A DNA stretch of 64,000 nt from an uncultured Eubacteriales bacterium (GTDB lineage: Bacteria; Bacillota; Clostridia; Oscillospirales; Acutalibacteraceae): contig CAZMSM010000001.1 in NCBI GenBank assembly GCA_964568955.1, positions 20,662-84,661 of the forward strand, given 5' to 3'. Numbering within the stretch: position 1 is the first letter of the stretch; each line of letters starts with the position of its first letter. Below are positions 19,473-28,595 of this stretch, in pieces. The translations under genes were made by a program, and so were the position numbers. The notes below the pieces were generated by a model, which made no database searches, was not told the origin of the DNA, and worked only from the letters and a program-made list of their open reading frames with translations.

Positions 19473-20987
19473 ATGCTTACACCTGCTCAAATACGTAGTC
19501 ACAGGTTTATCTCTGCAGTTCGCGGCTCCTATAAAGCCGAAGAGGTTGATTCTTTCTTCAAAGATGTTGCCGCTTCATATGAGCAAGCTTTCAGAGAAAA
19601 CGCTGAACTCATTAAAAAAATTAGCGTCCTTGCACAGAAGGTGGAAGAATACCGCACTGAGGAAGATAACATCAAAGCCACCCTCCTTACCGCACAGCGT
19701 GTGGCAGATGAAATGACCCTTGACGCGCAAGAAAAATCAGCCCAAATGCTCCAATCGGCGACAGAGCAACTTGAGTATGCGCAGTCGAGTTCCAAGGTGA
19801 AGGCTCAGATTGTTATGGATGAAGCCACTAAAAATTCGCGGGATATAATTTCTGAAGCGGAGGATAAGGCAAGACAAACTTTAACACACGCTACCCAAAA
19901 GGCGGAAGAACTGTTAGCGGAATCAAAAAGAGAATCTGTTGAGCAACTTGAAAAAATTAACGCTCAGATTCAAAAAGAAAATCTTTGTCTAGAAATCCTT
20001 AAAAAAGAGGCCGCTTCTTTCAAGGCGAGTCTTAAAGAACAATACAGGCAGCACTTAGAGTTTATTGAAGAACTCCCCGCTGCCGTCGCGGCAACAATTA
20101 GCCCCGGGGTCACCCAACAGGATGAGCGCCAAGAAGTAGCCGAATCATTGACAGATGACATAAGCACCGAAGAAGAATGGTTTGATGAGCAAGATGACGT
20201 TGCTTGTGAAGATGAGATAGAATCAGACAGCGAAGACGAGGATGCTTTGGAAGACGAGAATGAGCCGCCTTGCGAACAAGTGCAAGTGGCACAAGCCCCC
20301 GAAATTCAACAAGAAGACACTGATGACGGTATTGATGAAATCAAAGACTTTCTTTTTGAAAGTGAAGACCCCGTCGCGGAGAACATCACTAGCGAACAAG
20401 AAGACCCACAAACTGATTTTTCCGATGACGACAGCGAGAGAGAGTCTCAAGCACCTTGGGAATCGTCACAAACTGATATAGATGACGACGAGCACATGAA
20501 TGGTGAAGAAACCGAAGACGACGAGGAAACCGACGAAGACGAGGAAACCGACGAAGACGACGAAGATGCCGAAGAAACGGATGAAGATGGATTGCCAAAT
20601 TTATTCAGTTTACGCAAAATGGCAATGGCACAGCAACAAGAATTGAGCACTGCCGATACCGATGCTGTGCTTGATGACTCGGATGAGGGTATGGAGCATA
20701 CGGCAACGGATGAAATGAAGGCTGAACGAATCGACGAGAATGTAGAAGTTGCACACACACATGACGAAGACGACGTGACCGGAGACGATGAGTCCGAAGA
20801 CGACGGCTTCAAAGTTTACCTTGAAAATCTTGATGCAGACGATGATGTTTTATCGGGTGATTCGCATGAAGATACAAGTGAAAGAAACACTCTGTTTGAG
20901 ACGGTTGAATATGATGACGATGATGAAAGCGATGATGATAGCGAAGAAGGCGGACAACCGCGGTTTAAAGGTTTCTTCAAAAAATAA
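19473..20987 (+). CDS. divIVA: DivIVA-domain cell division protein with a long acidic C-terminal extension
   Basis: N-terminal DivIVA motif (LTPAQIRSHRFISAVRGSYKAEEVDSFF) and coiled coil to about residue 210. About 290 D/E-rich low-complexity residues follow. Confidence 0.85.
   Translation: MLTPAQIRSHRFISAVRGSYKAEEVDSFFKDVAASYEQAFRENAELIKKISVLAQKVEEYRTEEDNIKATLLTAQRVADEMTLDAQEKSAQMLQSATEQLEYAQSSSKVKAQIVMDEATKNSRDIISEAEDKARQTLTHATQKAEELLAESKRESVEQLEKINAQIQKENLCLEILKKEAASFKASLKEQYRQHLEFIEELPAAVAATISPGVTQQDERQEVAESLTDDISTEEEWFDEQDDVACEDEIESDSEDEDALEDENEPPCEQVQVAQAPEIQQEDTDDGIDEIKDFLFESEDPVAENITSEQEDPQTDFSDDDSERESQAPWESSQTDIDDDEHMNGEETEDDEETDEDEETDEDDEDAEETDEDGLPNLFSLRKMAMAQQQELSTADTDAVLDDSDEGMEHTATDEMKAERIDENVEVAHTHDEDDVTGDDESEDDGFKVYLENLDADDDVLSGDSHEDTSERNTLFETVEYDDDDESDDDSEEGGQPRFKGFFKK
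20505..20588 (+). repeat. In-frame imperfect 18-bp tandem repeat (GAGGAAACCGACGAAGAC, encoding EETDED) within the divIVA tail
   Basis: Read directly: gaagaaaccgaagacgac / gaggaaaccgacgaagac / gaggaaaccgacgaagacgac ... gaagaaacggatgaagat. Confidence 0.8.
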
Positions 20988-21002
20988 GCACGAGGTATTT
21001 TA

Positions 21003-21485
21003 ATGACCCGGATTATTACATTGGCAGTGATTGCCTTCCTGGCCGGTATCGATCAAATTATAAAAATTGCGGTAGTGAAAAACATCATGCCCGTAGGAGA
21101 ACTCCCTGTTATAAGAGGCGTTTTACAGTTTCGTTATATTGAAAACACGGGCGCTATATTTGGTTCTTTGGAAAATTTTACAACGATTCTCACTGTTTTG
21201 ACCACTATTATCCTTGCGGGCTGTATTTTTTTGCTGATGTCAAAAAAAATCAACAATAAATTTCTGTTTTCGTGTTTGTTGCTTATCGTTTCAGGTGGGA
21301 TCGGTAACCTTATCGATAGAATAGCCAGAGGTTATGTTGTTGATTACATCGAACTGTTGTTTGTTAATTTTGCTATTTTTAATTTTGCCGACTGCCTTGT
21401 AACAGTCGGTGCGTTTTCAATGATGGGCTATTTGATAATGGATTTAATCAGAGATTTAAGGGATTCTAAAAATGAAGAGCTTTAG
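21003..21485 (+). CDS. lspA: Lipoprotein signal peptidase (signal peptidase II)
   Basis: Four TM segments and the conserved NTGAIFG and FNFAD motifs. Confidence 0.9.
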   Translation: MTRIITLAVIAFLAGIDQIIKIAVVKNIMPVGELPVIRGVLQFRYIENTGAIFGSLENFTTILTVLTTIILAGCIFLLMSKKINNKFLFSCLLLIVSGGIGNLIDRIARGYVVDYIELLFVNFAIFNFADCLVTVGAFSMMGYLIMDLIRDLRDSKNEEL

Positions 21486-22386
21486 TTTTACGGTTGACAA
21501 TCTATCCGCTGGGCAAAGGATTGACGTAATAATCTCAGGCTTATTTAAGGATTTCACCCGTAACCATATACAAAAAACAATCGAACAGGGCAATGTTGCG
21601 GTTGATGGAAAAATAGTGGATAAAAGCTTTAAACCGAGTTTGGGGAGCTTTGTTGAGTTTTCGGTGGCTGAAACGCCGAAATTATATGTAGTAGCACAGC
21701 AAATTCCCCTTGACATAAGATATGAAGACGCGGATTTACTCGTTGTCAACAAACCAAAGGGGATTGTGGTTCATCCGGGGGCAGGGAATCTGGACGGTAC
21801 ACTTGCCAATGCACTGATGAATTACTGTAAAGGCGGCCTTTCCGGCATAAACGGCAACATACGCCCCGGCATCGTGCACCGTATAGATAAAGACACCAGC
21901 GGCTTATTGCTTGTCGCAAAAAATGATTTTGCCCATAAATCTCTTGCTGCTCAGCTTAAAAATCATACCGTTTCGCGCGAATACAAGGCGGTTGTTCATG
22001 GTTGCCTCAAACAAAACGAAGGTACGATTGAAGCACCGATAGGCCGCAACATTAAAGACAGAAAAAAAATGTGTGTCACACAAAAGAACTCAAAGAAGGC
22101 GATAACTCATTATAGGCTTATTGAACAAATGAAGGAGTTCTCATACATTGCTGCGAGGCTTGAAACAGGTAGAACGCACCAAATACGAGTTCACATGGCC
22201 AGTATAGGGCATCCGGTTGCAGGCGACTTGGTTTACGGCCCACACAAGGGGATCAAGTATTTAAACGGGCAGTGCCTCCACGCGGCAACGATTGGGTTTG
22301 AACACCCTCGGGACGGGCGATATATAGAAATTTCAGCAGAACTCCCGCCGTATTTTGAAGATTTCTTAAGGAGGATAAAAGATTAA
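21472..22386 (+). CDS. rluD: 23S rRNA pseudouridine synthase, RluA/RluD family
   Basis: N-terminal S4-like domain and the catalytic motif HRIDKDTSGLL. It follows lspA, as in Bacillus. Confidence 0.9.
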   Translation: MKSFSFTVDNLSAGQRIDVIISGLFKDFTRNHIQKTIEQGNVAVDGKIVDKSFKPSLGSFVEFSVAETPKLYVVAQQIPLDIRYEDADLLVVNKPKGIVVHPGAGNLDGTLANALMNYCKGGLSGINGNIRPGIVHRIDKDTSGLLLVAKNDFAHKSLAAQLKNHTVSREYKAVVHGCLKQNEGTIEAPIGRNIKDRKKMCVTQKNSKKAITHYRLIEQMKEFSYIAARLETGRTHQIRVHMASIGHPVAGDLVYGPHKGIKYLNGQCLHAATIGFEHPRDGRYIEISAELPPYFEDFLRRIKD

Positions 22387-23219
22387 TGGTCCCACCAGTA
22401 ACCTCGGATTTTTCTCATTGGCTTGTTGTTTCAGATATTGATGGTACGCTCAACGACAAGTTTAGGAGACTTCCCGATAGAAATTTGAAAGCCATAGAAC
22501 ATTTTGTGCAAAACCTAGGTGGCCATTTCACCTTAGCGTCCGGTAGAAGTGTTCCGTCCCTCGAAAAACATTTTAATCGTCTACCGATAAAAAATACCCC
22601 TGCAATCGTCTTAAACGGCGCCGGTATCTACGATTTTAATTTAAATAAAATGATTCACTTTAATGCAATAAACGAAGCCGGAATGGAAATTGTCAAGAAA
22701 GTTCACGCGAAGTTTCCTTTTTTGGAAATACAGATATGTACCAAAGATAATATATATATGTTAAATGCGCTTATCTTTGGCCCCGCAATAGTCGGTGCTG
22801 ACAAACTTCCGCATAAACGCTGTAAACGATTGGAAGAAGTTCCGGCAAACGATTGGGGCAAAGTTATATTTATGGGACTACCTCCGATACTCAAGAAAGT
22901 CATCGCATATGCGCATAGTTTGGATGACGGGCAAGTTCATTTCATGTCATCTTCGATTGTTACGTATGAAATGCTCGCCAAAGATACGCACAAAGGCACC
23001 GCTGTAAAAAAACTAGCAGAAATGATGAATATAAAGTATAAGCATACAGCGGCTATAGGGGATTATTTCAACGATTATGATATGTTGGGCTGTGTATTTT
23101 TACCCGCTGCGTGTAAGCAAGCTCCGAAAGAAATTCATGACATTGTAAAGTTCCACGCATGCCACTGCAACAAAGGAGCTGTTGCAGACTTATTGGAATA
23201 CATAGAAAGAAAATATTGA
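22386..23219 (+). CDS. Cof-type HAD-IIB family hydrolase (sugar phosphatase-like)
   Basis: HAD motif I (VSDIDGTL), motif II (ASGR) and motif IV (GDYFNDYDM). Confidence 0.8.
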   Translation: MVPPVTSDFSHWLVVSDIDGTLNDKFRRLPDRNLKAIEHFVQNLGGHFTLASGRSVPSLEKHFNRLPIKNTPAIVLNGAGIYDFNLNKMIHFNAINEAGMEIVKKVHAKFPFLEIQICTKDNIYMLNALIFGPAIVGADKLPHKRCKRLEEVPANDWGKVIFMGLPPILKKVIAYAHSLDDGQVHFMSSSIVTYEMLAKDTHKGTAVKKLAEMMNIKYKHTAAIGDYFNDYDMLGCVFLPAACKQAPKEIHDIVKFHACHCNKGAVADLLEYIERKY

Positions 23220-23225
23220 AAGAAA

Positions 23226-24083
23226 ATGGGGGTGGCTGTTTTGGATGAAATAGTCAAAAAGCAGTTAAAAATTAGGGCTTGCAAGGTGCGAATGGGTATT
23301 ATAGAAGCAGTTTACAACGCAAAATCCGGTCATCCCGGTGGCTCGTTGTCTATAGCGGATATTTTGACATACCTGTATTTTAATCGGATGAATGTGGATG
23401 CGGAAAATCCCAAATGGGAAGATCGTGACCGCTTGGTCTTATCAAAAGGTCATGTAGCACCGGCTCTTTACTCTGTGCTCGCACAGAAAGGGTTTTTCCC
23501 GGTTGAAACGCTTAAAACTTTACGTAAAAGCGACTCAATGCTTCAAGGGCACCCAAGTATGAAACTGACGCCGGGTGTGGATATGAGTACCGGTTCTTTG
23601 GGTCAAGGGCTCTCGGTAGCAGCAGGCATGGCGCTCGGAGCACAAATTGGTGATAAGAGCTTTCGGGTTTATGCGATTTTGGGCGACGGTGAAATACAAG
23701 AAGGTCAGATTTGGGAAGCGGCCATGTATTCCGGCGCCAAACACCTGGATTTACTAACCGCTGTTGTTGATAATAATAACCTGCAAATTGACGGTTCCAT
23801 CGAAGAAGTCAACTCGCCTTACCCGATACCGGAAAAGTTTAAAGCCTTTGGGTGGAATGTTATAGAAATAGACGCTCACAATTTTGATGAAATTGACGCA
23901 GCTTTCAAGGCAGCCGCCGAATATAAAGGCAAACCTACAATGATTGTTGCGAAAAGTATAAAAGGCAAGGGCGTTTCTTTCATGGAAAACGATTACAAAT
24001 GGCATGGCTCGGCGCCGAATACCGAGCAATATGAGCAGGCAATGCGTGAACTGAATGCCGCGCTTGCAGAATTGGAGGCATAG
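23226..24083 (+). CDS. Transketolase, N-terminal (TPP-binding) subunit
   Basis: GHPGGSLS, GSLGQGLS and GDGEIQEGQIWEA motifs. Its length fits the split-transketolase architecture. Confidence 0.93.
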   Translation: MGVAVLDEIVKKQLKIRACKVRMGIIEAVYNAKSGHPGGSLSIADILTYLYFNRMNVDAENPKWEDRDRLVLSKGHVAPALYSVLAQKGFFPVETLKTLRKSDSMLQGHPSMKLTPGVDMSTGSLGQGLSVAAGMALGAQIGDKSFRVYAILGDGEIQEGQIWEAAMYSGAKHLDLLTAVVDNNNLQIDGSIEEVNSPYPIPEKFKAFGWNVIEIDAHNFDEIDAAFKAAAEYKGKPTMIVAKSIKGKGVSFMENDYKWHGSAPNTEQYEQAMRELNAALAELEA

Positions 24084-24089
24084 ATTATT

Positions 24090-25034
24090 ATGAGTGATAT
24101 CATTAAAACCGCTACACGTGATGCTTATGGCAAAGCGTTGGTCGATTTAGGGCGAGTAAACGAAAAAGTAATTGTTCTGGATGCTGACCTTTCGGCGGCA
24201 ACAAAAACAATTATGTTTAATAATGCGTACCCTGATCGTTTTTTCAATACAGGGATTGCCGAAAGCAATATGATTTGCGTTGCAGGCGGTCTTTCGACCT
24301 TAGGCTACACTGTTTTTGCAAGCTCTTTTGCGATGTTTGCAACCGGGCGTGCTTTTGAACAGGTTCGCAACTCTTTAGGCTATCCACATCTAAATGTTAA
24401 AATTGGGGCTACCCATGCGGGTATTTCTGTGGGAGAGGACGGTGCAAGCCATCAGTGTAATGAAGACATTGCATTGATGCGGACCATTCCGGGAATGGTT
24501 ATCATCAACCCGGCAGATGATATCGAGGCAAGAGCAGCTGTTTTTGCTGCTGCTGACTATGTTGGCCCCGTTTATCTTCGTTTTGGCAGACTGGCGCTCC
24601 CAAGAATAAATGAAGAGGATTATAAATTTGAAATTGGTAAGGCTGTCAAATTATGTGAAGGCAAAGATGTCACTATTATCGCAACCGGACTTATGGTCAA
24701 CGAGGCTTTAATGGCAAAAGAAAGTCTTGCGAATGAAGGGATATCTGCCGCAGTTTTAAATATGCATACCATCAAACCGATTGACAAGGCCGCTATTATT
24801 GCCGCTGCAAAAGAAACCGGGGCAATCGTTACAGCGGAAGAACATTCCGTTATCGGCGGCCTTGGTGGCGCAGTCACGGAGGTTGTGTGTGAAAGTGTGC
24901 CGGTTCCGGTGTTGAGGGTTGGCGTTGAAGATGTATTCGGCCGTTCAGGCCCGGGTGCTGAAATGCTGCATATATACGGACTGGATGCCGCCAATATTGT
25001 CGAAAAGGCAAAGAATGTAATCGCTATGAAATGA
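24090..25034 (+). CDS. Transketolase, C-terminal (pyrimidine-binding) subunit
   Basis: GIAESNM, HAGISVGEDGASHQ and EEHSVIGGLG motifs, adjacent to the N-terminal subunit. Confidence 0.93.
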   Translation: MSDIIKTATRDAYGKALVDLGRVNEKVIVLDADLSAATKTIMFNNAYPDRFFNTGIAESNMICVAGGLSTLGYTVFASSFAMFATGRAFEQVRNSLGYPHLNVKIGATHAGISVGEDGASHQCNEDIALMRTIPGMVIINPADDIEARAAVFAAADYVGPVYLRFGRLALPRINEEDYKFEIGKAVKLCEGKDVTIIATGLMVNEALMAKESLANEGISAAVLNMHTIKPIDKAAIIAAAKETGAIVTAEEHSVIGGLGGAVTEVVCESVPVPVLRVGVEDVFGRSGPGAEMLHIYGLDAANIVEKAKNVIAMK

Positions 25035-25075
25035 CACATTTTAGAGCGATTCAATAAGTTGGGGTTGAGGATGTG

Positions 25076-26986
25076 ATGCAGTTTAAATATGACATCGGTT
25101 TGAACAATACCTCGGAAGAGTTGGAGGGCAAGGAGATAACGCCCAAAAATGAAAATAAGCGTATTTTGATCATTGTTGGTCTGCTTCTTGTTGCCGTTTT
25201 AGTGCTTGTGTTGTTGTATTTTTTTGCATCACAAGCACAACAAAAAAATGACAGTTATTACGCAGTGGTTTTTTCGAAATCGGATGGAGATTTTTTTAAC
25301 AGCAGCAAAGGTGGGTTTGCGCTAAACAACAGCGCCGGCAAAAAACCTATTATTACCAAAGACAGCAAAAGTTTGTTGTATTTTACTGTTTCCGGCGTTT
25401 CCGGCAATAGATTCGATTTGCATTGTTGCGACCTTACCAGCAAAATTCAAATAAAAAAACGTGGTTTTGTCGTCGATACCGGCATCAGTGGTGATATTAA
25501 GGTGAATGAGGTTGGCAGTCATCTTATTTACTCAAAGAAAAACGACTCAACCGGTGAAGTCTATTTTTATCTTTTCAATATAAAAAGTAAGAAGTCATTA
25601 AAGTTTGACAATAATATCAAAGAAATATTTCTCCTATCGTCTGAGGACGGGGTATATTACACGAAAATAAAAGATTCCAAGACAGTTCTATATAAATATA
25701 GTTTTTATGATGAACCTCAACTTGTTGCACAATCAATAAAAAATGTATCTTTTTTTACGGCAAATGGGGAAAACACTTTGTTAGTTGAGACATTTGAAGA
25801 GGAACAAACTGCTTTTGGAGTAAGCATCATTGAAGGATTAGAAGATATAAAAGTGGTTTCCACGGGTGTTGCGCAAGTCCTTTATAAGGAGTTTACTCAC
25901 GGCGGTAATCTTTACTTTTTCAAATCAAACCCGGAAAAAACCGCTTGGGATGAAATTATCACAGACGATTTGATAAAAACGGACGAACAACTATCTCAGC
26001 CGAACCGTGATGACTACGGCTCAATTTTTGGATATTCTTATCTGTATAACAAAGCCGTTGCCGCCTATCAAGAAAAAATCAACAGAGATGACCTAAGAGC
26101 GTCCATCAGCAGAACAGTCTCTGCGGAAAACCTTGGGTCAAAAGGAATGGATTGTTTCGTCTATAATTCAAATGAAACCACAAAAATTGCACAAAACACG
26201 GTGCCTGAAAATATATTTGCCGTATCGGCTACAGGGGAACCTGCAGTGGTTTTTGAAAAATTTGACTACGAGCAAAGCGAAACTACTTTTTCAAAACTTT
26301 CAAAGATGTTTTCCTCCCAAGGGTTGGCAGATGTAACAGAATACGCTATGGAAGTTATTCGTAAAGCAACCGCATCGCAGGGGGCGCACATTGCCTTTAC
26401 TGTGAACAATTCTGTCAGCCAAAGCCTTAACATCACCCAAGCGGAAGCACAAGGGTGCACATTTAGATTTTCGACAACCGGTAAATCATTATTTGTTATC
26501 ATGAAAGATGCAAAAGTATTTGATTCTACGTTTTTTAAATATGATAATATCAACGGAACCTTATCAAAACGCGAGGTTATTGATGTCAGTATTTCAAGTT
26601 TCGATTTTGCCGGCGATTTTATTTGGTACCATAAGACAGAAAAAGAGTCGAACGAGGGGGCTCTTTATTTCTACTCAAATGGGACAAAAAAACAGGTGAT
26701 TGGCTCCGTATTTTCTTTTATCTGCTTTGAAAACGGTGAAACCTTAATATTCAGAGATAAAAAACAAAACCAAAGCGAGCTTTATGCCGACATGTACATA
26801 TACAGCGATGAAAATTGTATTCTGATTGATGAAAATGTTGATTTGAATCATTTGAGGTATAAAAATTCAAGAGAATTTGTATACATTAAAAATTATGACC
26901 AAGCAGCCGGCGGCGACCTTTATGTTTATGTAAACGGCAAACATCATCTTGCCGCACAAGGCGCAAACGAGATTCTCTTGTTTTAA
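25076..26986 (+). CDS. Hypothetical single-pass membrane protein with a large repeat-containing extracytoplasmic domain
   Basis: One TM segment (ILIIVGLLLVAVLVLVLLYFF) is followed by about 570 aa with recurring aromatic strand motifs (LLYFTVSG, HLIYSKKND, EVYFYLFN, GVYYTKIK, NLYFFKSN, ALYFYSNG, DLYVYVNG). This pattern suggests a beta-propeller. I recognise no family with confidence. Confidence 0.6.
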   Translation: MQFKYDIGLNNTSEELEGKEITPKNENKRILIIVGLLLVAVLVLVLLYFFASQAQQKNDSYYAVVFSKSDGDFFNSSKGGFALNNSAGKKPIITKDSKSLLYFTVSGVSGNRFDLHCCDLTSKIQIKKRGFVVDTGISGDIKVNEVGSHLIYSKKNDSTGEVYFYLFNIKSKKSLKFDNNIKEIFLLSSEDGVYYTKIKDSKTVLYKYSFYDEPQLVAQSIKNVSFFTANGENTLLVETFEEEQTAFGVSIIEGLEDIKVVSTGVAQVLYKEFTHGGNLYFFKSNPEKTAWDEIITDDLIKTDEQLSQPNRDDYGSIFGYSYLYNKAVAAYQEKINRDDLRASISRTVSAENLGSKGMDCFVYNSNETTKIAQNTVPENIFAVSATGEPAVVFEKFDYEQSETTFSKLSKMFSSQGLADVTEYAMEVIRKATASQGAHIAFTVNNSVSQSLNITQAEAQGCTFRFSTTGKSLFVIMKDAKVFDSTFFKYDNINGTLSKREVIDVSISSFDFAGDFIWYHKTEKESNEGALYFYSNGTKKQVIGSVFSFICFENGETLIFRDKKQNQSELYADMYIYSDENCILIDENVDLNHLRYKNSREFVYIKNYDQAAGGDLYVYVNGKHHLAAQGANEILLF

Positions 26987-27010
26987 TTTCAAAAGAAAGG
27001 GTGTCTGGCA

Positions 27011-28564
27011 ATGAATGAAGATATTTTGATAAAAAGTGTTCTTTTTGGCGGATTTGATAAAAATGAAGTTCTCAAACATATTGAAAAAATTCAATCGGAG
27101 CATTATGACGAATCTGAATTGATAAAGCGAAAAGATGAAGAGGTTGAAGCGCTTAAAGAAAAAGCTGCTCAATTTGAAGACAAACTTGCCAGCGAACACA
27201 GACGATTTTCAGCTTTGGCCGCTTTGAATGACGAGTATTGTGAGAGAATATATAATCTGGAAGAACAGCTGAAAGACCAACATGCCCGTTTTGAAGGCAT
27301 TCAAGAGGATTGCGACAGGCTGAAGAAAGTAGAAGCACAAATAGGCGCTCTACTGGTAGATGCCGTTTTATATTCGGATAAAATGACAGAAAAAGCAAAA
27401 ATAGCCGCAACAAATATAACCGCTGATGCAAAGAATGCGCTTGTAACGACCGCCCAGGGCGTTAGTGAGCTGAGTTCTGAAATTGTAGAGATTTCAAACG
27501 GCTTCGGTGACGATATCACAGCCTTGGTTGAAAAGGTAGAGAGCCTTTCCGCAAGCTTGTCGCTTTTTGCTGACCGATTTGAATCCGAATGTGATCTTAG
27601 CAGTGAAAAGCCGTATGACACACAAGAAGTTTTCGAACATTTCTTTGCGCACTACAATGAAGACAATAATGACGCCGAAGAAGAAATTATTACAGACGAC
27701 GTAACGCAAGAGACTGAGTTAACGCAGGAGACTGAGTTAACGCAAGAAGCTGAGTTACCACAAGAACCTGAGTTACCACAAGAAGCTGACGAGAGCAAGC
27801 CCGCAGAATACCAAGTAACCGAAACCGATGAAATAGTTACCGAAAACGAAAACCACAATGAACCGGCTCTTTCCGATACCGAAGAAAAGGTTGTTGACGA
27901 TTTAAATCAAACTGACGAAGACGACGAAGACGACGAAGACGAAGTAACGGATATTTGGGCATATGAGAAGGATGACGAGGCCCAACAGGTCGATTTGCCG
28001 ACATGGGACGATACAAACATCGATGCACAAACCGACTTGACCACAACAGAGCCCCAAACAGACGAAGTTGAAACCGAGGAAACCCTAGAAATATCTGAAC
28101 CGGAATCTGTTGAACAAGCTAATCACGAAGAACTCTCCGACGTGCCCGAAGACCTGATAGAACCGGAAGAACTAAAAGAAGCCGAAGAACCAGACGAAGC
28201 CGAAGAACCGGAAGATTTGGAAGAATCGAAAAAATCGGAACAACAGGAAGAGCCCGTAGAGCCCGAAAACACAGAAGAACTTGAACAAGAGGGTAACCTT
28301 CCTGACGAGCAAGCTACCGAAAGTGATATGTCGGAAGAGCTCGACGATATGGATGATATGCATGATTCGCAGGAATTGCAAGGATCGCAAACGCCTGAAA
28401 TGACTGTTGAACCTAACGAAACTGAAAAAACTGAAATGGAGAACGATAGCGTAACCCCAGATGCAACAGGGTTAAAAGCAAGCACCTCTCATGATATCAG
28501 TGAAAGCGATATTGACGAGCTCCTTCGCCTTTTCTCGAATGACAACGACATGACAGCCGACTGA
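27011..28564 (+). CDS. DivIVA-like coiled-coil protein with an acidic repeat-rich C-terminal half
   Basis: The N-terminus (FGGFDKNEVLKHIEKI) resembles the DivIVA/GpsB motif (F..GYD..EVD.FL), and a coiled coil runs to about residue 215. A D/E/T/Q-rich tail with tandem TQETEL repeats follows. Confidence 0.55.
   Translation: MNEDILIKSVLFGGFDKNEVLKHIEKIQSEHYDESELIKRKDEEVEALKEKAAQFEDKLASEHRRFSALAALNDEYCERIYNLEEQLKDQHARFEGIQEDCDRLKKVEAQIGALLVDAVLYSDKMTEKAKIAATNITADAKNALVTTAQGVSELSSEIVEISNGFGDDITALVEKVESLSASLSLFADRFESECDLSSEKPYDTQEVFEHFFAHYNEDNNDAEEEIITDDVTQETELTQETELTQEAELPQEPELPQEADESKPAEYQVTETDEIVTENENHNEPALSDTEEKVVDDLNQTDEDDEDDEDEVTDIWAYEKDDEAQQVDLPTWDDTNIDAQTDLTTTEPQTDEVETEETLEISEPESVEQANHEELSDVPEDLIEPEELKEAEEPDEAEEPEDLEESKKSEQQEEPVEPENTEELEQEGNLPDEQATESDMSEELDDMDDMHDSQELQGSQTPEMTVEPNETEKTEMENDSVTPDATGLKASTSHDISESDIDELLRLFSNDNDMTAD
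27704..27790 (+). repeat. In-frame 18-bp tandem repeat, about 4.7 copies (ACGCAAGAGACTGAGTTA, encoding TQETEL/PQEPEL)
   Basis: Read directly: acgcaagagactgagtta / acgcaggagactgagtta / acgcaagaagctgagtta / ccacaagaacctgagtta / ccacaagaagctgac. Confidence 0.85.
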
Positions 28565-28595
28565 AAAACGGCAAATTTAAAGGTAAGGGATTATC

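Noticed and set aside
20505-20588. Short tandem DNA repeats (20505-20588, 27704-27790, 27917-27946, 43088-43123) considered as CRISPR or regulatory repeat arrays.
   Set aside because: The units are 12-18 bp, directly abutting with no spacers, in frame, and lie inside long ORFs. They encode low-complexity linkers and tails, so this is not CRISPR architecture.
20447-20812. Ser-rich antisense ORFs opposite the acidic tails (20447-20812 in divIVA; 28123-28485 and 27652-27858 in the DivIVA-like gene).
   Set aside because: They are mirror images of the GAA/GAC/GAG-rich coding repeats, because TTC/GTC/CTC read in other frames gives runs of S. There is no independent evidence that they are coding.
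25076-28564. An impression that this gene pair is more AT-rich than its neighbours, which might indicate horizontal acquisition.
   Set aside because: I cannot compute GC content or codon statistics reliably by eye. No flanking repeats, integrase or tRNA target were seen, so I make no claim here.
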